A stretch of 64,000 nucleotides of DNA, taken from assembly GCA_963838925.1 (NCBI GenBank), contig CAWISW010000001.1, positions 128,001-192,000 of the forward strand, in the 5' to 3' direction. The notes under the pieces were generated by a model. The model did no database searches and was not told the origin of the DNA. It worked only from the letters and a program-made list of their open reading frames with translations. The DNA is from an uncultured Nitrososphaerota archaeon (GTDB lineage Archaea; Thermoproteota; Nitrososphaeria; Nitrososphaerales; Gagatemarchaeaceae). Position numbers and translations under genes: made by a program. Below, in pieces: positions 47,651-57,686 of the stretch. Position 1 is the first letter of the stretch. Each line of letters begins with the position of its first letter.

Positions 47651-48063
47651 GCGATTCTACCGAATGCCTGCTGGACGCCAGTTCTCTCATGCTGATGATG
47701 AAGAATTTGGGAGGCGAGCTTGTTCCCAAATTGGGAAGCTTCAGCATTCTCGACCTGACGATGTACGAGATGGGGAACATCCTCTGGAAGGAGGGCTACC
47801 TCTCAAAAAGTCTTACGAGGGAGGAGCTCGCGAGCCTCGCGTCGACTACTGAGCAGATTCTGACTCTGGTCGAACGAGTCTCGATGAGTCCTGGGGACAT
47901 CGGCAAGACCTTGGAGCTCGCTGAAGACGAGGGCTTGACCTTCTACGACGCCAGCTACCTGCGGGCCGCAATCGATCAAGAGGTCTCCCTGGTAACCGAA
48001 GATGCAAAACTGCGGCGGGCCGCGCAGAAACATGTCACAGTAAAAACCGCAGCCGAACTCTAG
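47647..48063 (+). CDS. vapC: PIN-domain VapC toxin
   Basis: LLDASS, YEMGNILWK, LTFYDASY, LVTED. Confidence 0.9.
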   Translation: MSDSTECLLDASSLMLMMKNLGGELVPKLGSFSILDLTMYEMGNILWKEGYLSKSLTREELASLASTTEQILTLVERVSMSPGDIGKTLELAEDEGLTFYDASYLRAAIDQEVSLVTEDAKLRRAAQKHVTVKTAAEL

Positions 48064-48130
48064 GAGAATTCGGCGCTCATGCTCCTGAACGAGATAATTA
48101 AGGGGACTTGGCTGGGAGCCAACAAGGAGA

Positions 48131-49114
48131 GTGCATGAACGTCTCATGAAGATGAAACTCGTCTCCACCGCATTCTTCTCGATCACCGTCGTGCTCTCCC
48201 GCGTTTTCCCGACTGCAGGGTTCCTGCTGGCCGTCTTCTTCGGAGCAGCCTTCTGCGCATACGGAATAGCCCGAAGCTTTGCCAAACGCCTTGACCCCTT
48301 TAACGACGTCCCTAACGCCCTCCGAGTCTTCCTAGCATCCTTTGGTGGCTTTCTAGTCACCTTGACGCCGGCCTTCGTCTTCCCGTCGGCTGGTATTCTC
48401 TTGCTGGTCGGCGCGCTTTTCCTCAACGACGAGTTCCAGCGGAGGGCCCTATATGCGGTGAGGACGGGGAGGAAGGGCGGCTCAATCGCCCTCCTCGGGA
48501 TCGACGGGAGCGGCAAGTCGTCGCACTCGAGGGTCACGGGGAGGTGGCTCGAGGACCGAGGGTACCGGTGCACGGTCATGCCCTTCCACAGGTACCTCTT
48601 CGTGGAGCGCCTCGCCGCGATATCGTCTGCTGTGGGCGGCGGGGGAGGCGGCGGAGAAAAGTTCCAGTTCAAACGGGGCGGCAACCCTCTCAGGCCGGTA
48701 GCCTCGCTCCTCGACAACCTCCTGCTCCAGCTCTCGAGCTCGGTGGGTTGCAGGGTCGAGGGAAGGGTCGTGATCTACGACAGGTTCATCTGGAGCACCT
48801 ACGTCAAGTACAAGGCCTTGGGCTATCCGGTCAAGCCGATCTCCGGGCTCTACCTCGCGCCCAGGCCGACCTTCGCGCTGGTGCTCAACGTCCCTGTGGA
48901 CAAGTCGCTGCATGTCATCGACCAAAGGGTGTCCCACATTCACTACCCACGGGAGGTCCTCGAGTCCGAGAGGGAGCAGTACCTCGAGATCGCTAGGAAG
49001 AACGGCTATCCTGTAATCGATGCGACGGCCGCTTTCGAGGACGTGCAGGGCAGGATAGAGTCGCATCTCGGCGCCCTCTTCCCGCCGGTGGGTCGAGGAG
49101 CAAAGGCGAATTGA
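48131..49114 (+). CDS. Membrane-anchored thymidylate-kinase-like P-loop protein
   Basis: About 4 N-terminal TM helices, GIDGSGKSS P-loop, IYDRF motif. Confidence 0.75.
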   Translation: MHERLMKMKLVSTAFFSITVVLSRVFPTAGFLLAVFFGAAFCAYGIARSFAKRLDPFNDVPNALRVFLASFGGFLVTLTPAFVFPSAGILLLVGALFLNDEFQRRALYAVRTGRKGGSIALLGIDGSGKSSHSRVTGRWLEDRGYRCTVMPFHRYLFVERLAAISSAVGGGGGGGEKFQFKRGGNPLRPVASLLDNLLLQLSSSVGCRVEGRVVIYDRFIWSTYVKYKALGYPVKPISGLYLAPRPTFALVLNVPVDKSLHVIDQRVSHIHYPREVLESEREQYLEIARKNGYPVIDATAAFEDVQGRIESHLGALFPPVGRGAKAN

Positions 49115-50358
49115 CCCTCAGGGAGTCGGCATACTCGGCGTTCTTTCTCGAGGGAAGCCTCGGCCTCCCGTCGGGCTCTCTACGCCCCGAGGATGTCCCG
49201 GCAGGCCTCGTCGAAGAGCTTTCGTCGGTGCTCCGCGGCACACCCCCGAAGGACGCGGCCACGCCTTCGCTCGACGCCCACGTGATGAGCTTCCTTGCGT
49301 CGCTCGAGCGGTCTGCTATCAAAGAGAACGGCTTCTTCGTCCGAAAGGCCAGATGGCCAGACGCCGCCCCCCTAGCCGTCTGCCTCACCCACGACGTGGA
49401 CAACATCGAGCGTCCTAGAGAGCACATCCTGAAGGTGAAGGAACGCTTCAGCAGGGCTGACCTTGCGAAGTGGAAGAAGGGCCTTGTCTCGCTCTACTAC
49501 AACCTCGAGCTCATCGGCGAAAAGGAGGGCGCCGAGGGCTTCCGCTCGAGCTTCTACCTCATGTCCGCGAACTACCCCCTCGAAAAGGTGAGGGCGACCT
49601 CCCGGAGGCTCCACGACAAGGGATGGGAGGTCGGGCTCCACGGGGACTTTGGGACGCACGACTCCGCGACCGAGATGAACGAGGCGGTACAGCGCCTGAA
49701 GTCAGGCATCGGGATACGCCCCCGAGGGCTGAGGGAGCACTACCTCAGGTTCGACTTTGCAAAGTCCTGGGAGGTCATGGAGGGCGCGGGCTTCGACTAC
49801 GACACCACCGTGGGGAACACCGACAGGCTCGGGTTCAAGCTAGGACTCGCCACGCCATTCCACCCGCCCGACGGAGGGTGGAGGCCGATGAGGCTGCTCG
49901 AGCTCCCCCTGTCCCTGATGGACACGACCCTCTGGGGATACCTCAAGAAGAGCGAGAGTGAGGGTCTCCAGGACGTGATGAGGTCGATGGCCATGGTGGA
50001 GCAGGTCGAGGGCCTGTTCACGCTTCTCTGGCACCAAGAGTCCGTGAGGATGAGGGGCGGGAGGATCTACTGGAAGATTCTGAAGGAGATTAGAGGACGG
50101 AAGAACGTGTTCGTCGGCAGCGGCGCGGACATCGCGAAGTGGTGGCGAGCCCGCGAGGTGCCGCTCAAAGTGGCCGGGAGCGGCAGGCTGATTACCCTTG
50201 GCGGGCGCCCACCAAAAGGCTTGACGCTCATCCTCAAGACGAAAGCCGGAGCGAAGGTGAAGGTTGCCGGAGGGTCGGTGAGCAAGGAGGGTGCAGGGAA
50301 GCTCCTCGTCAGGCCGTCAGGCCCCGCGTTCAAGATGGAGATGTCAGGGGGCGCTTGA
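49111..50358 (+). CDS. Polysaccharide deacetylase (CE4-like) family protein
   Basis: CLTHDVD, EVGLHG, REHYLRF, FDYDTT, PLSLMD, LLWH. Confidence 0.82.
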   Translation: MTLRESAYSAFFLEGSLGLPSGSLRPEDVPAGLVEELSSVLRGTPPKDAATPSLDAHVMSFLASLERSAIKENGFFVRKARWPDAAPLAVCLTHDVDNIERPREHILKVKERFSRADLAKWKKGLVSLYYNLELIGEKEGAEGFRSSFYLMSANYPLEKVRATSRRLHDKGWEVGLHGDFGTHDSATEMNEAVQRLKSGIGIRPRGLREHYLRFDFAKSWEVMEGAGFDYDTTVGNTDRLGFKLGLATPFHPPDGGWRPMRLLELPLSLMDTTLWGYLKKSESEGLQDVMRSMAMVEQVEGLFTLLWHQESVRMRGGRIYWKILKEIRGRKNVFVGSGADIAKWWRAREVPLKVAGSGRLITLGGRPPKGLTLILKTKAGAKVKVAGGSVSKEGAGKLLVRPSGPAFKMEMSGGA

Positions 50359-51451
50359 GCTGAAGCCGACGCGCGTCCTCGTCACGGGGTCAGGCGGCCT
50401 CGCCGGCGTCAACTTCGTCCGCGCCCTGCGCGCCTCCTCCAGGGAGTATTACATCGTCGGGACGGACTTCAACAAGTACCACCTCCTCTATCCGGATGTA
50501 GACGCGAGGTACCTCACGCCCCGGCACAGCGACACGTCGTTCGTCAAGCGCGTCGCGGAGATAGCGAAGAAGGAGAGGGCGGACTTCCTCCATCCGCAGC
50601 CTTCCAGCGAGGCCTACGTCATCTCGGGCGCCAGGGAAAGAATACCGTGCAAGGTCTTCCTGCCGCCCGCCTCCGTCATGCGCGTCGGACAAGACAAGCT
50701 CCTCTCAGAGAGGAGGCTCAAAGCTGATGGCATCCCAGTAGCAAAGACGTTCCCAATCAGGGCAAAGACCGACATCGGCAAGGCCTTCGCCAAGCTCGGC
50801 CAGCCCCTCTGGGCCCGGGCGAGGCACGGGGCGGGAGGCAGGCTGAGCCTGCTCTGCGAGGACCCCCGCGAGGCGGCCCTCTGGATCGAGCTCTGGGTGA
50901 AGAGGGGCGGAGTCGGATATAGCGAGTTCATCTTGCAGGAGTACCTCCCGGGGAGGAACATCGCGTGGGACAGCATCTGGAAGGACGGGAAGCTCGTCAC
51001 CTCCTACTGCCGAGAGAGGCTCGAGTACCCCTTCAAGCACATCTCGCCCTCCGGAATAACCGGGACTCCCTCTGTCTCGAGGACCATCCGGTACCCGCGG
51101 CTCAACGACGTCGGGCAGCGCGCGGTGAAGGCCATCGACCCCAGGCCCCACGGAGCATACTCGGTGGACGTCAAGGAGTCTGCGAGCGGGAGCCCCTGCA
51201 TCACCGAGGTCGACTCGGGCAAGTTCCACTCGACGATGCCCCTCTGGGGGTACATCGCCGTGAAGCACCTGGGCCTTCCGGAGTACGCCAACCTCGCTGA
51301 CCTCTACGTCAGGCTGGGCATGGGCGAGGACGTGCGCGAGTTGCCCCCGAAGACCGACCTCCTCCCGGAGGGGTACTACCTCCTCAGGGACATGGACGTC
51401 GGCGCGTACCTTTGGAGGGAGGACGACGGGTCGAAAGTGAAGGTGCTCTAG
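50291..51451 (+). CDS. ATP-grasp enzyme (single-domain, CPS-like)
   Basis: VLVTGSGG, QDK, ILQEYLPG, VDVKE, ITEVDSGKF; true start probably near 50354-50360. Confidence 0.78.
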   Translation: MQGSSSSGRQAPRSRWRCQGALELKPTRVLVTGSGGLAGVNFVRALRASSREYYIVGTDFNKYHLLYPDVDARYLTPRHSDTSFVKRVAEIAKKERADFLHPQPSSEAYVISGARERIPCKVFLPPASVMRVGQDKLLSERRLKADGIPVAKTFPIRAKTDIGKAFAKLGQPLWARARHGAGGRLSLLCEDPREAALWIELWVKRGGVGYSEFILQEYLPGRNIAWDSIWKDGKLVTSYCRERLEYPFKHISPSGITGTPSVSRTIRYPRLNDVGQRAVKAIDPRPHGAYSVDVKESASGSPCITEVDSGKFHSTMPLWGYIAVKHLGLPEYANLADLYVRLGMGEDVRELPPKTDLLPEGYYLLRDMDVGAYLWREDDGSKVKVL

Positions 51452-51455
51452 GCCG

Positions 51456-52058
51456 GTGGCCGGCTCGAGCGCCAGATACTGCGTCCTCGACATGGACGGC
51501 ACCCTCATCTCGCTCCCAGTCGAGTGGGACAAGGTGAGGGCCGACCTGCAGAGGCTCACGGGCACCTCGCTCCAGTTCAACCCGTTCTTCCTCGACGTGC
51601 AGACCATCATCGCGAAGGCCCCGCTGCTGCTCGGCCCGATGATGAGGACTATCGACGAATACGAGTCTCGGGCGGTCCCGGAAGCAAAGCTCGAGGAGGG
51701 CGCGCTCGACGCCCTCTCCGGCCTCTCGGGGCGCATGAAGCTCTCCCTGGTCACGATGCAAGGAAGGGCTGCGTGCTACATGATACTCGAGCGGCTGAAG
51801 ATCGGGAAGTTCTTCGCCTCGGTCTTCACGCGCGAGGACTCGATGGACAGGACGGCCCAACTGAAGATGGCGCTGGGCAGCCTCGACGCGAAGGAGGCCG
51901 AGACGATATTCGTGGGAGACAGGATCAACGACCTGAACGCGGCGCGCGCGGCTGGGGTGAGGTTCGTGATGATCCGCAAGAGGCCCGACAGCCCGCCAGC
52001 GGACGAGCTCTACAGGAGCGTCGCCGAGTTCTCTAGGTCCCCTTGGGTAACGGGTTGA
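51456..52058 (+). CDS. HAD-superfamily hydrolase
   Basis: LDMDGTL, VT, FVGDRIND..AARAAG. Confidence 0.88.
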   Translation: MAGSSARYCVLDMDGTLISLPVEWDKVRADLQRLTGTSLQFNPFFLDVQTIIAKAPLLLGPMMRTIDEYESRAVPEAKLEEGALDALSGLSGRMKLSLVTMQGRAACYMILERLKIGKFFASVFTREDSMDRTAQLKMALGSLDAKEAETIFVGDRINDLNAARAAGVRFVMIRKRPDSPPADELYRSVAEFSRSPWVTG

Positions 52059-52851
52059 GCAACTTCATGATGCGCTCTTGGATCGTGGCGTTGCAGGAGG
52101 CGACCACGTTGAACTTCTCCTCGAGCGAGACCCTCGTGTTGACCGGCTTCCCCTGCGGGTCCGACATGACCGCGCCAGCCTCCTTCGCTATTAGGTAGCC
52201 CGCCGCGAAGTCGACCACCCTCATCCTGTCGCGGATGTCGACGAAGGCGTCCAGCTTACCATCCGCGAGGAACGCTAGCTCGAGCGCGTTCGCGCCCAGG
52301 TGCGCGGGCTTCCTGACGGCTGCGATGAGGGGGACCAGCCTCTCGACTGTCGCGCGCGGCGCCTTCGACATGTCTATCCCAACGCACGACTCCTGGAGCT
52401 TCTTGGCCTTCGAGGTGTGGACGGGCGTCCCGTCCCTCTCCGCCCCGCGCCCCCTCTCCGCGTAGTACGCCTCCTCGCTGATGAGGTTGCGCACCATCCC
52501 GTGCTTTGCGTCCTCGAGGGAAGGCCCGTCGAGGACCGCAATCGACGTGCAATAGAACGGGAGCCCCCTCGCGTAGTTCCCGGAGCCGTCTATCGGGTCG
52601 ATCACCACGGTCCACGCGGCGGCGCTCGGCCCGACCACCCCCGCCTCCTCCGTGACGAACCTGACGTCGCTCACCTGGCCTCTCACTATGTCCATGATGC
52701 TCTTCTCGGCGTCGGCGTCCACCTTCATGGTGATGTCCCCTCCCGCGCCCTGGCCCTGCGCCTCTAGGCCGCTCAGCCTCCCCTTGAGGTTGTCCGAGAC
52801 GCTCTGGACCTGCTCGCCGGCCTCCTTCAGGATCGACTCCCAGTTTACCAT
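52033..52851 (-). CDS. Inositol monophosphatase/FBPase family protein
   Basis: TEEAG, IDPIDGSGNY, DFAAG. Confidence 0.9.
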   Translation of the reverse strand: MVNWESILKEAGEQVQSVSDNLKGRLSGLEAQGQGAGGDITMKVDADAEKSIMDIVRGQVSDVRFVTEEAGVVGPSAAAWTVVIDPIDGSGNYARGLPFYCTSIAVLDGPSLEDAKHGMVRNLISEEAYYAERGRGAERDGTPVHTSKAKKLQESCVGIDMSKAPRATVERLVPLIAAVRKPAHLGANALELAFLADGKLDAFVDIRDRMRVVDFAAGYLIAKEAGAVMSDPQGKPVNTRVSLEEKFNVVASCNATIQERIMKLLNPLPKGT

Positions 52852-52991
52852 GATTCGCTATCGCAAGTCGGCGACCCGGGTGAGCATTTTACTGTTCTCC
52901 TCGGCGGACGAGTCCGTTCTCAGACCTGAGAATCGAGTGGTTGCCTAAATGCCTAAAGGAGACGGGTTTTCCTTGGGATTGTGTAAGCGGA

Positions 52992-53819
52992 ATGGCGCAG
53001 GACCCGGCCCCCGCTGCGGACGACGCCCCCGGAAAGAGCCCGATTGCGGGCCCGAAAGAGATCTTCACGGGCATAAGCAAGCCCGGCCACAGGCTGTTCC
53101 AACTTGCGTTCACAGCCGACATCCTGAACTCGCCCCTGCAAAAGCTCTGGGAAGTGCTGAGGACGCGCGACATCATCATGCTCAGCTCCACTATGTCCTC
53201 CACCGACGGAAGGCAAAGCAGGTGGAGCGTCTTCCTCGACTGCGAGGACTACGGGGTCACCATCGAAGGGCTCAGGCACATGCTCGAGGGCCTCAAGGTC
53301 TTCGGCGACCTCGAGATCGCGGGAGGAGGGTCATTCATCGTCGACGAGCTGTTCTTCCCCGTTACCGAGTCCCTAGGGGACAGGACGATGCTCATCAGCC
53401 AGGAGGCCTTGCAGAGCATGATCACCGCCATGGGCGAGCAGTTCGGCACCGGCGGGAGCCTGATCTCCTACCAAGAGGGCGTCGCCCTCGGGTCCAGATG
53501 GGTGGCGCAGCTCAAGTCGACCGTCAAGGGCGACCTGCGGGTCTTCATCACCGAAGCGGTCAAGCTCTACGGCGCGGTCGGGATAGGACGCGCCGAGTTC
53601 GTCACCGCGGACTTCGACTCCCTCCACTTTGTGCTCAGGATGCACCACAACATAGAGTGCGAAGGGAAGAAGAGCAGCAAGCCGAACAGCCAGTGGATCA
53701 GGGGGCATCTCGTCGGGGCCGCGGTCGCCACTCTCAACGTAAGGCTCGTCTGCACCGAGACCAAGTGCATGTCGATGGGCGACACCTACTGCGAGTTCGA
53801 CCTCGTAAAGCAAGAGTGA
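52992..53819 (+). CDS. V4R-domain protein with an N-terminal ACT-like domain
   Basis: EC..., RGHLVG, ETKCMSMGDTYCEF V4R signature. Confidence 0.82.
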   Translation: MAQDPAPAADDAPGKSPIAGPKEIFTGISKPGHRLFQLAFTADILNSPLQKLWEVLRTRDIIMLSSTMSSTDGRQSRWSVFLDCEDYGVTIEGLRHMLEGLKVFGDLEIAGGGSFIVDELFFPVTESLGDRTMLISQEALQSMITAMGEQFGTGGSLISYQEGVALGSRWVAQLKSTVKGDLRVFITEAVKLYGAVGIGRAEFVTADFDSLHFVLRMHHNIECEGKKSSKPNSQWIRGHLVGAAVATLNVRLVCTETKCMSMGDTYCEFDLVKQE

Positions 53820-53831
53820 GCTTCGTCGGGC

Positions 53832-54452
53832 TCAGGGAAACGCGAAGAACAGCCCTGGCTGGAATATCAGGAGGTAGGCGACGTAGAGGACAAAGCCCGC
53901 CGCGATGTAGGTGACCTGGGGGACGCCGTACTGCACCTCGACCATAGTCTTCGCGTCCTCGGGCCCGGCAGTGGCGTGCTCCTCCGCGAGCTCCCTAGAG
54001 ACGTTCACGTCGTTGGTTATCTCTCGGCGCTCGCCGTTCACGACCAGCGCCTTTGGGATCCACTTCGCCTGCGTGCGGAACTCATCGAGGGTGACTAGGT
54101 GCGACTTCCTGGCCGTACCTGTGAGGTAGAGGTAGGCTATGTGGGCGATGGCGACGACGCCCGTGCCGAGGAGGACCGGGATCGGAGCATAGGGGGTGGG
54201 GTCGGCGGCCACCAGAGCCAGCGCTATCGCGTCCGCCTGGCCTATGAAGCCGAACCACGTGAACGCGAACGCTATCACGCCAATCAGCGTGATCCTCGCG
54301 ACGAGCAAGAAGTCCATGGAGGGAAGGAAGGCCACCGCGAGGACCGCCGCAATTATCCCTGGGATCCAGTAGAAGTCTGAGACCAGCCGCTCGCGGGCGT
54401 CCTGGTAGCCGGCTAGGAGGAACGACGCCAGCATCAGCAGCTGGAAGTACAC
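53832..54452 (-). CDS. Prepilin/prearchaellin peptidase (A24, PibD/FlaK-like)
   Basis: YQDARER.VSD..W and GQAD aspartate motifs, multiple TM helices; divergent from the pilus operon. Confidence 0.75.
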   Translation of the reverse strand: MYFQLLMLASFLLAGYQDARERLVSDFYWIPGIIAAVLAVAFLPSMDFLLVARITLIGVIAFAFTWFGFIGQADAIALALVAADPTPYAPIPVLLGTGVVAIAHIAYLYLTGTARKSHLVTLDEFRTQAKWIPKALVVNGERREITNDVNVSRELAEEHATAGPEDAKTMVEVQYGVPQVTYIAAGFVLYVAYLLIFQPGLFFAFP

Positions 54453-54494
54453 GCCGCGCGGAGAGCCTGTTGCCGTTTTTAAGCACGGTCATCG

Positions 54495-56120
54495 TTGGTG
54501 GAGGTGGAAAGGATCTCGTCCGACGCGGTCGTTCGGGGGATGGCAGCCGTCTGCCCTCTTCCCTCGGCGGCGTCACGGCTCGAGCGGAGGATGGTCCCGA
54601 TGCTCTCCTCTGCGAGCCTCTTCATCTCCCCCCGGGTCTACTCTCGGTTCGTCGTCTCGATGATCCTCCTTCCCGTCCTGCCGGAGGCAACCGCGCTCCT
54701 TCTCCTCCCGCTCCAGCAAGCGCTCCTCATCGTGGGGTCGCTCGCCGCCTTGCAGGCCATGCCGATGGTGGTGCTGGTCTCGCGCGCAAACTCGAGGAGG
54801 AGAGCTGCGGACGCTGAGCTCCCGTTCTTCCTCATGGCCCTCTCGGTCTTCGTCCACGAAGCTAACCCCACCATCCAGGAGGGGTTCAAGCGCATCTCCG
54901 CCATCGGGCCGCGGGTCTTCCCCGCGTTCGCGAAGGAAGCCGAGATCCTCGTCAGGGACGACGCTTTCGTCCCGGGGTCCCCGATGGGCGTAGCTGAGAA
55001 GGCGTTCGCGGGACACCCGAGCGCGAGGGTAAGGGGATTCGTCCAGGGGTTCCTGAAGACGCTCTCCACCGGAAAGGAGGTCTCCGAGTTCGTCCGTCAG
55101 GAGACCGCCTTCCAGACACAGAAGCTCGAGCAGTCCTGGGCAGCTTTCAGCGTGTCCGTGGGGTCGCTGGCTGAGGTCACATTCATCCTCCTGGCACTCT
55201 TCCCGGTGGGACTCCAGATGGTCGGAGCGACGGTCTCCGGTTTCACCTCCTCCCCCCTCTTCCTCGCCTCCTTCGCGCTGTTGGTGGTGACGGCCATCGT
55301 CTTCATCGTCCTAGCTGACTCCATGCAGCCAGTGGTCTACGACCTCCCCCCGCCGGCCCTCTGGCTGGGCGTCTCGATCGGCGGATGGGTGTTGTCCACC
55401 GCGGCGTTCCAGGCAGGGCTCCTGGGCTCGCGCGAGTACATCCTCGTCCCCCTCTGCGTCTCCGCGCTCGGATTCTACGAGACGAGGAAGCACTACTCCA
55501 GGATCAGAAAGGGCGAGGAGGAGGTCGGGGCGATGCTCCACGACCTCGCGGAAGAGAGCAAGGCAGGAGTGAGCCTCCCAGAGGCTCTGTCGAAGCTCAG
55601 CGCACAGGCCGACTCGTTCCCCTCGATAGGGGACCAAGTGCTCTCGTTCTACCAAGCCACGAGGATGGGGCTCACGCCCGTGGAGGCCCAGCGCAGGGTC
55701 TCCCACCCCTCGTGGCTCGTCAGGCTCGGTTTCGGGATCCTCTCGGTCGCTTTCGAGACCGGCGCGGGATTTGAGCACCTTGAGGATCTCTCCTCCCTGT
55801 TCAGGCGCGTCGCGGACGCGCGAAAGAGCGTGACCCAGTCGATGATCCCGTTCATGCTCATCGGCGCCATAGTCCCCGTCATCTCCGTGGCGGCCATCAC
55901 ATTCCTCGCGGGGTTCGCCCAGCAGAGCGTCCCCATCGGGCTCCCCGTCTTCGCCGTCCAGACTTCCCAGGCGTCGCTGATAGTCTCGGTCTCGACCGTC
56001 TCGGTGCTCACCGGGCTCCTCCTGTCGAAGCTCCTCACGCAGACCGTGAGACACCAGCTAGCGCTCCCCATCCTCATGGCCTCGACCCTGGTCTCGCTCC
56101 TCGCCTTCGGGGTCGCGTAA
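54495..56120 (+). CDS. Type IV pilus membrane platform protein (TadC/ArlJ, T2SSF-like)
   Basis: ELPFFL, HPS, GVSLPEAL; two T2SSF-like halves; in the pilin/ATPase operon. Confidence 0.8.
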   Translation: MVEVERISSDAVVRGMAAVCPLPSAASRLERRMVPMLSSASLFISPRVYSRFVVSMILLPVLPEATALLLLPLQQALLIVGSLAALQAMPMVVLVSRANSRRRAADAELPFFLMALSVFVHEANPTIQEGFKRISAIGPRVFPAFAKEAEILVRDDAFVPGSPMGVAEKAFAGHPSARVRGFVQGFLKTLSTGKEVSEFVRQETAFQTQKLEQSWAAFSVSVGSLAEVTFILLALFPVGLQMVGATVSGFTSSPLFLASFALLVVTAIVFIVLADSMQPVVYDLPPPALWLGVSIGGWVLSTAAFQAGLLGSREYILVPLCVSALGFYETRKHYSRIRKGEEEVGAMLHDLAEESKAGVSLPEALSKLSAQADSFPSIGDQVLSFYQATRMGLTPVEAQRRVSHPSWLVRLGFGILSVAFETGAGFEHLEDLSSLFRRVADARKSVTQSMIPFMLIGAIVPVISVAAITFLAGFAQQSVPIGLPVFAVQTSQASLIVSVSTVSVLTGLLLSKLLTQTVRHQLALPILMASTLVSLLAFGVA

Positions 56121-56162
56121 GGCGCGGTGGGCGATTAAATATCGCCCGCGCCTTCAACGCCG

Positions 56163-56624
56163 ATGAAGTTCCAGCACGCAGCCAATAGGGGCAGGGCGGC
56201 GATCAGCCCGTTCCTCGCGACAGTGATCCTCGTGGTCATCACGCTCATGATCGGCGGGATACTCTACTCTTCGTTCAGGCAGCTCATAGTGGCGCAGGTG
56301 AAGAACCCGTCCGTCACGCTCCTGGACACGAACGTCTCCCCTGACGGCGAGACGATGACTCTGGACGTGAAGAACGACGGCAACGTCCCGGTCGCCCTGC
56401 AGGCGATAGACGTCAGCTACGGAGCGTCTTCTGACACGTTCAAGGAAAGCGGGACCGGCGCGAACATCACGCTGCTGTCGACTTCGTCGGGCAGCGCGAC
56501 CCTCCAGCCCGGCGACACGCTGACCGCGAAGGTCAAGACCAACTTCCAGGTTCCTGCGTTCGCGACGTTCACCGTCACGGTGGTCGGCGACCAGGTAGCG
56601 AAGGCGTTCAACATCCAGGCCTGA
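56163..56624 (+). CDS. Archaeal type IV pilin
   Basis: Class III signal RGRAA|ISPFLATVILVVITL; VKNDG. Confidence 0.88.
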   Translation: MKFQHAANRGRAAISPFLATVILVVITLMIGGILYSSFRQLIVAQVKNPSVTLLDTNVSPDGETMTLDVKNDGNVPVALQAIDVSYGASSDTFKESGTGANITLLSTSSGSATLQPGDTLTAKVKTNFQVPAFATFTVTVVGDQVAKAFNIQA

Positions 56625-56631
56625 GCGGCGG

Positions 56632-57270
56632 TTGAAGAGCCGCAAAGCGGTCGCCCAGTACGAGGCCACGGTGGTGCTCGTGGTGGTCTCGCTCTCGCTC
56701 GCCTCCGTGGTCTACTCCGGCCTCAGGAAAGAGTCCAGCCTCACTCCGCAGCCCGTCTTTGTGAGCGGCGAGACGCAGGTGGGAGGCAGCCCGGAGATAG
56801 TGCGGGTGGAGGTCAACGCATCCATGGTCACCGACGTCTCCTCGCTCAGCCTTGACGAGGCGAGCTCCGACGCCGGCGTAATAGGGTTCGACGGCTCTGC
56901 CTACTCCACCTCCCCAACGCTCTGCGCCGCTGGCAAGACGACGCTCTTCTCTGTCCTAGCGGAACAGTCGGGCGTCCTGCAGGTTTCGACCAACGGGCGG
57001 GCCTGGGTCGACGGTACTTGGGGAGGCTCGGTCAGCGTCTCGCCTGGATGGCAGGAGGTCATGATCCAGGGAGGGAGCTCGTGCGCGGTGACGCTCCCGG
57101 GCGGACAGACGGTCCCCGCGAACTGGACGCCGTCCTCTCCAATCGTCTCATCGATCCCGGCCATGGGCGGAACCTCGGGCACAAGCTTCGTCTTCTACGT
57201 CCCTTGCGACGGGAGCTCCCATCGTCTCCTCATCACGTCTAGCGGAGGGTTCGACGACGTCTCGATTTGA
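56632..57270 (+). CDS. Minor pilin-like protein
   Basis: MKSRKA|VAQYEATVVLVVVSL class III-like signal, beta-rich body. Confidence 0.72.
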   Translation: MKSRKAVAQYEATVVLVVVSLSLASVVYSGLRKESSLTPQPVFVSGETQVGGSPEIVRVEVNASMVTDVSSLSLDEASSDAGVIGFDGSAYSTSPTLCAAGKTTLFSVLAEQSGVLQVSTNGRAWVDGTWGGSVSVSPGWQEVMIQGGSSCAVTLPGGQTVPANWTPSSPIVSSIPAMGGTSGTSFVFYVPCDGSSHRLLITSSGGFDDVSI

Positions 57271-57673
57271 GAAAAGGAGGGCGGGAGTGAGCGAGGTCGT
57301 CTCCTCGCTCGCGGTGCTCATGATCACCATCGCGCTCCTGGGCGGGATAGGGGCGGTCGCGCTGGGGTCGGTGAGGGGCTCCGGGAGCCTCCTTTCCTCG
57401 AGCGCCCAAGGAGCGGCGAGGGAGGACGGGCTGCTCCTGGCGCTCGTCTCGGTCCAGTCGAACTCGAGCGGCTCCTTCGCGTGGGTGTACGACTATGGGT
57501 GGGTGCAGGGGGCGCTCTCCGCCACGTACCTCAACGGCGGGCTCGTGAAGTGGTCCTCGAGCTGCGGCGGCGTGCTGCAACCCGGGAAGGTGTGCGCCGT
57601 CTCCGTCCCGCCCGGGTCGCACGGCGAGGTGAGTATGGTCTTTGGAACGAAGAGCCTGGACTACTCGGTTTAG
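57267..57673 (+). CDS. Minor pilin; start codon out of frame by one base
   Basis: KRRAG|VSEVVSSLAVLMITI is in frame, but TTG 57267 is one base off (A4 run). Confidence 0.7.
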
Positions 57674-57686
57674 CGGCCTCGCCAAG

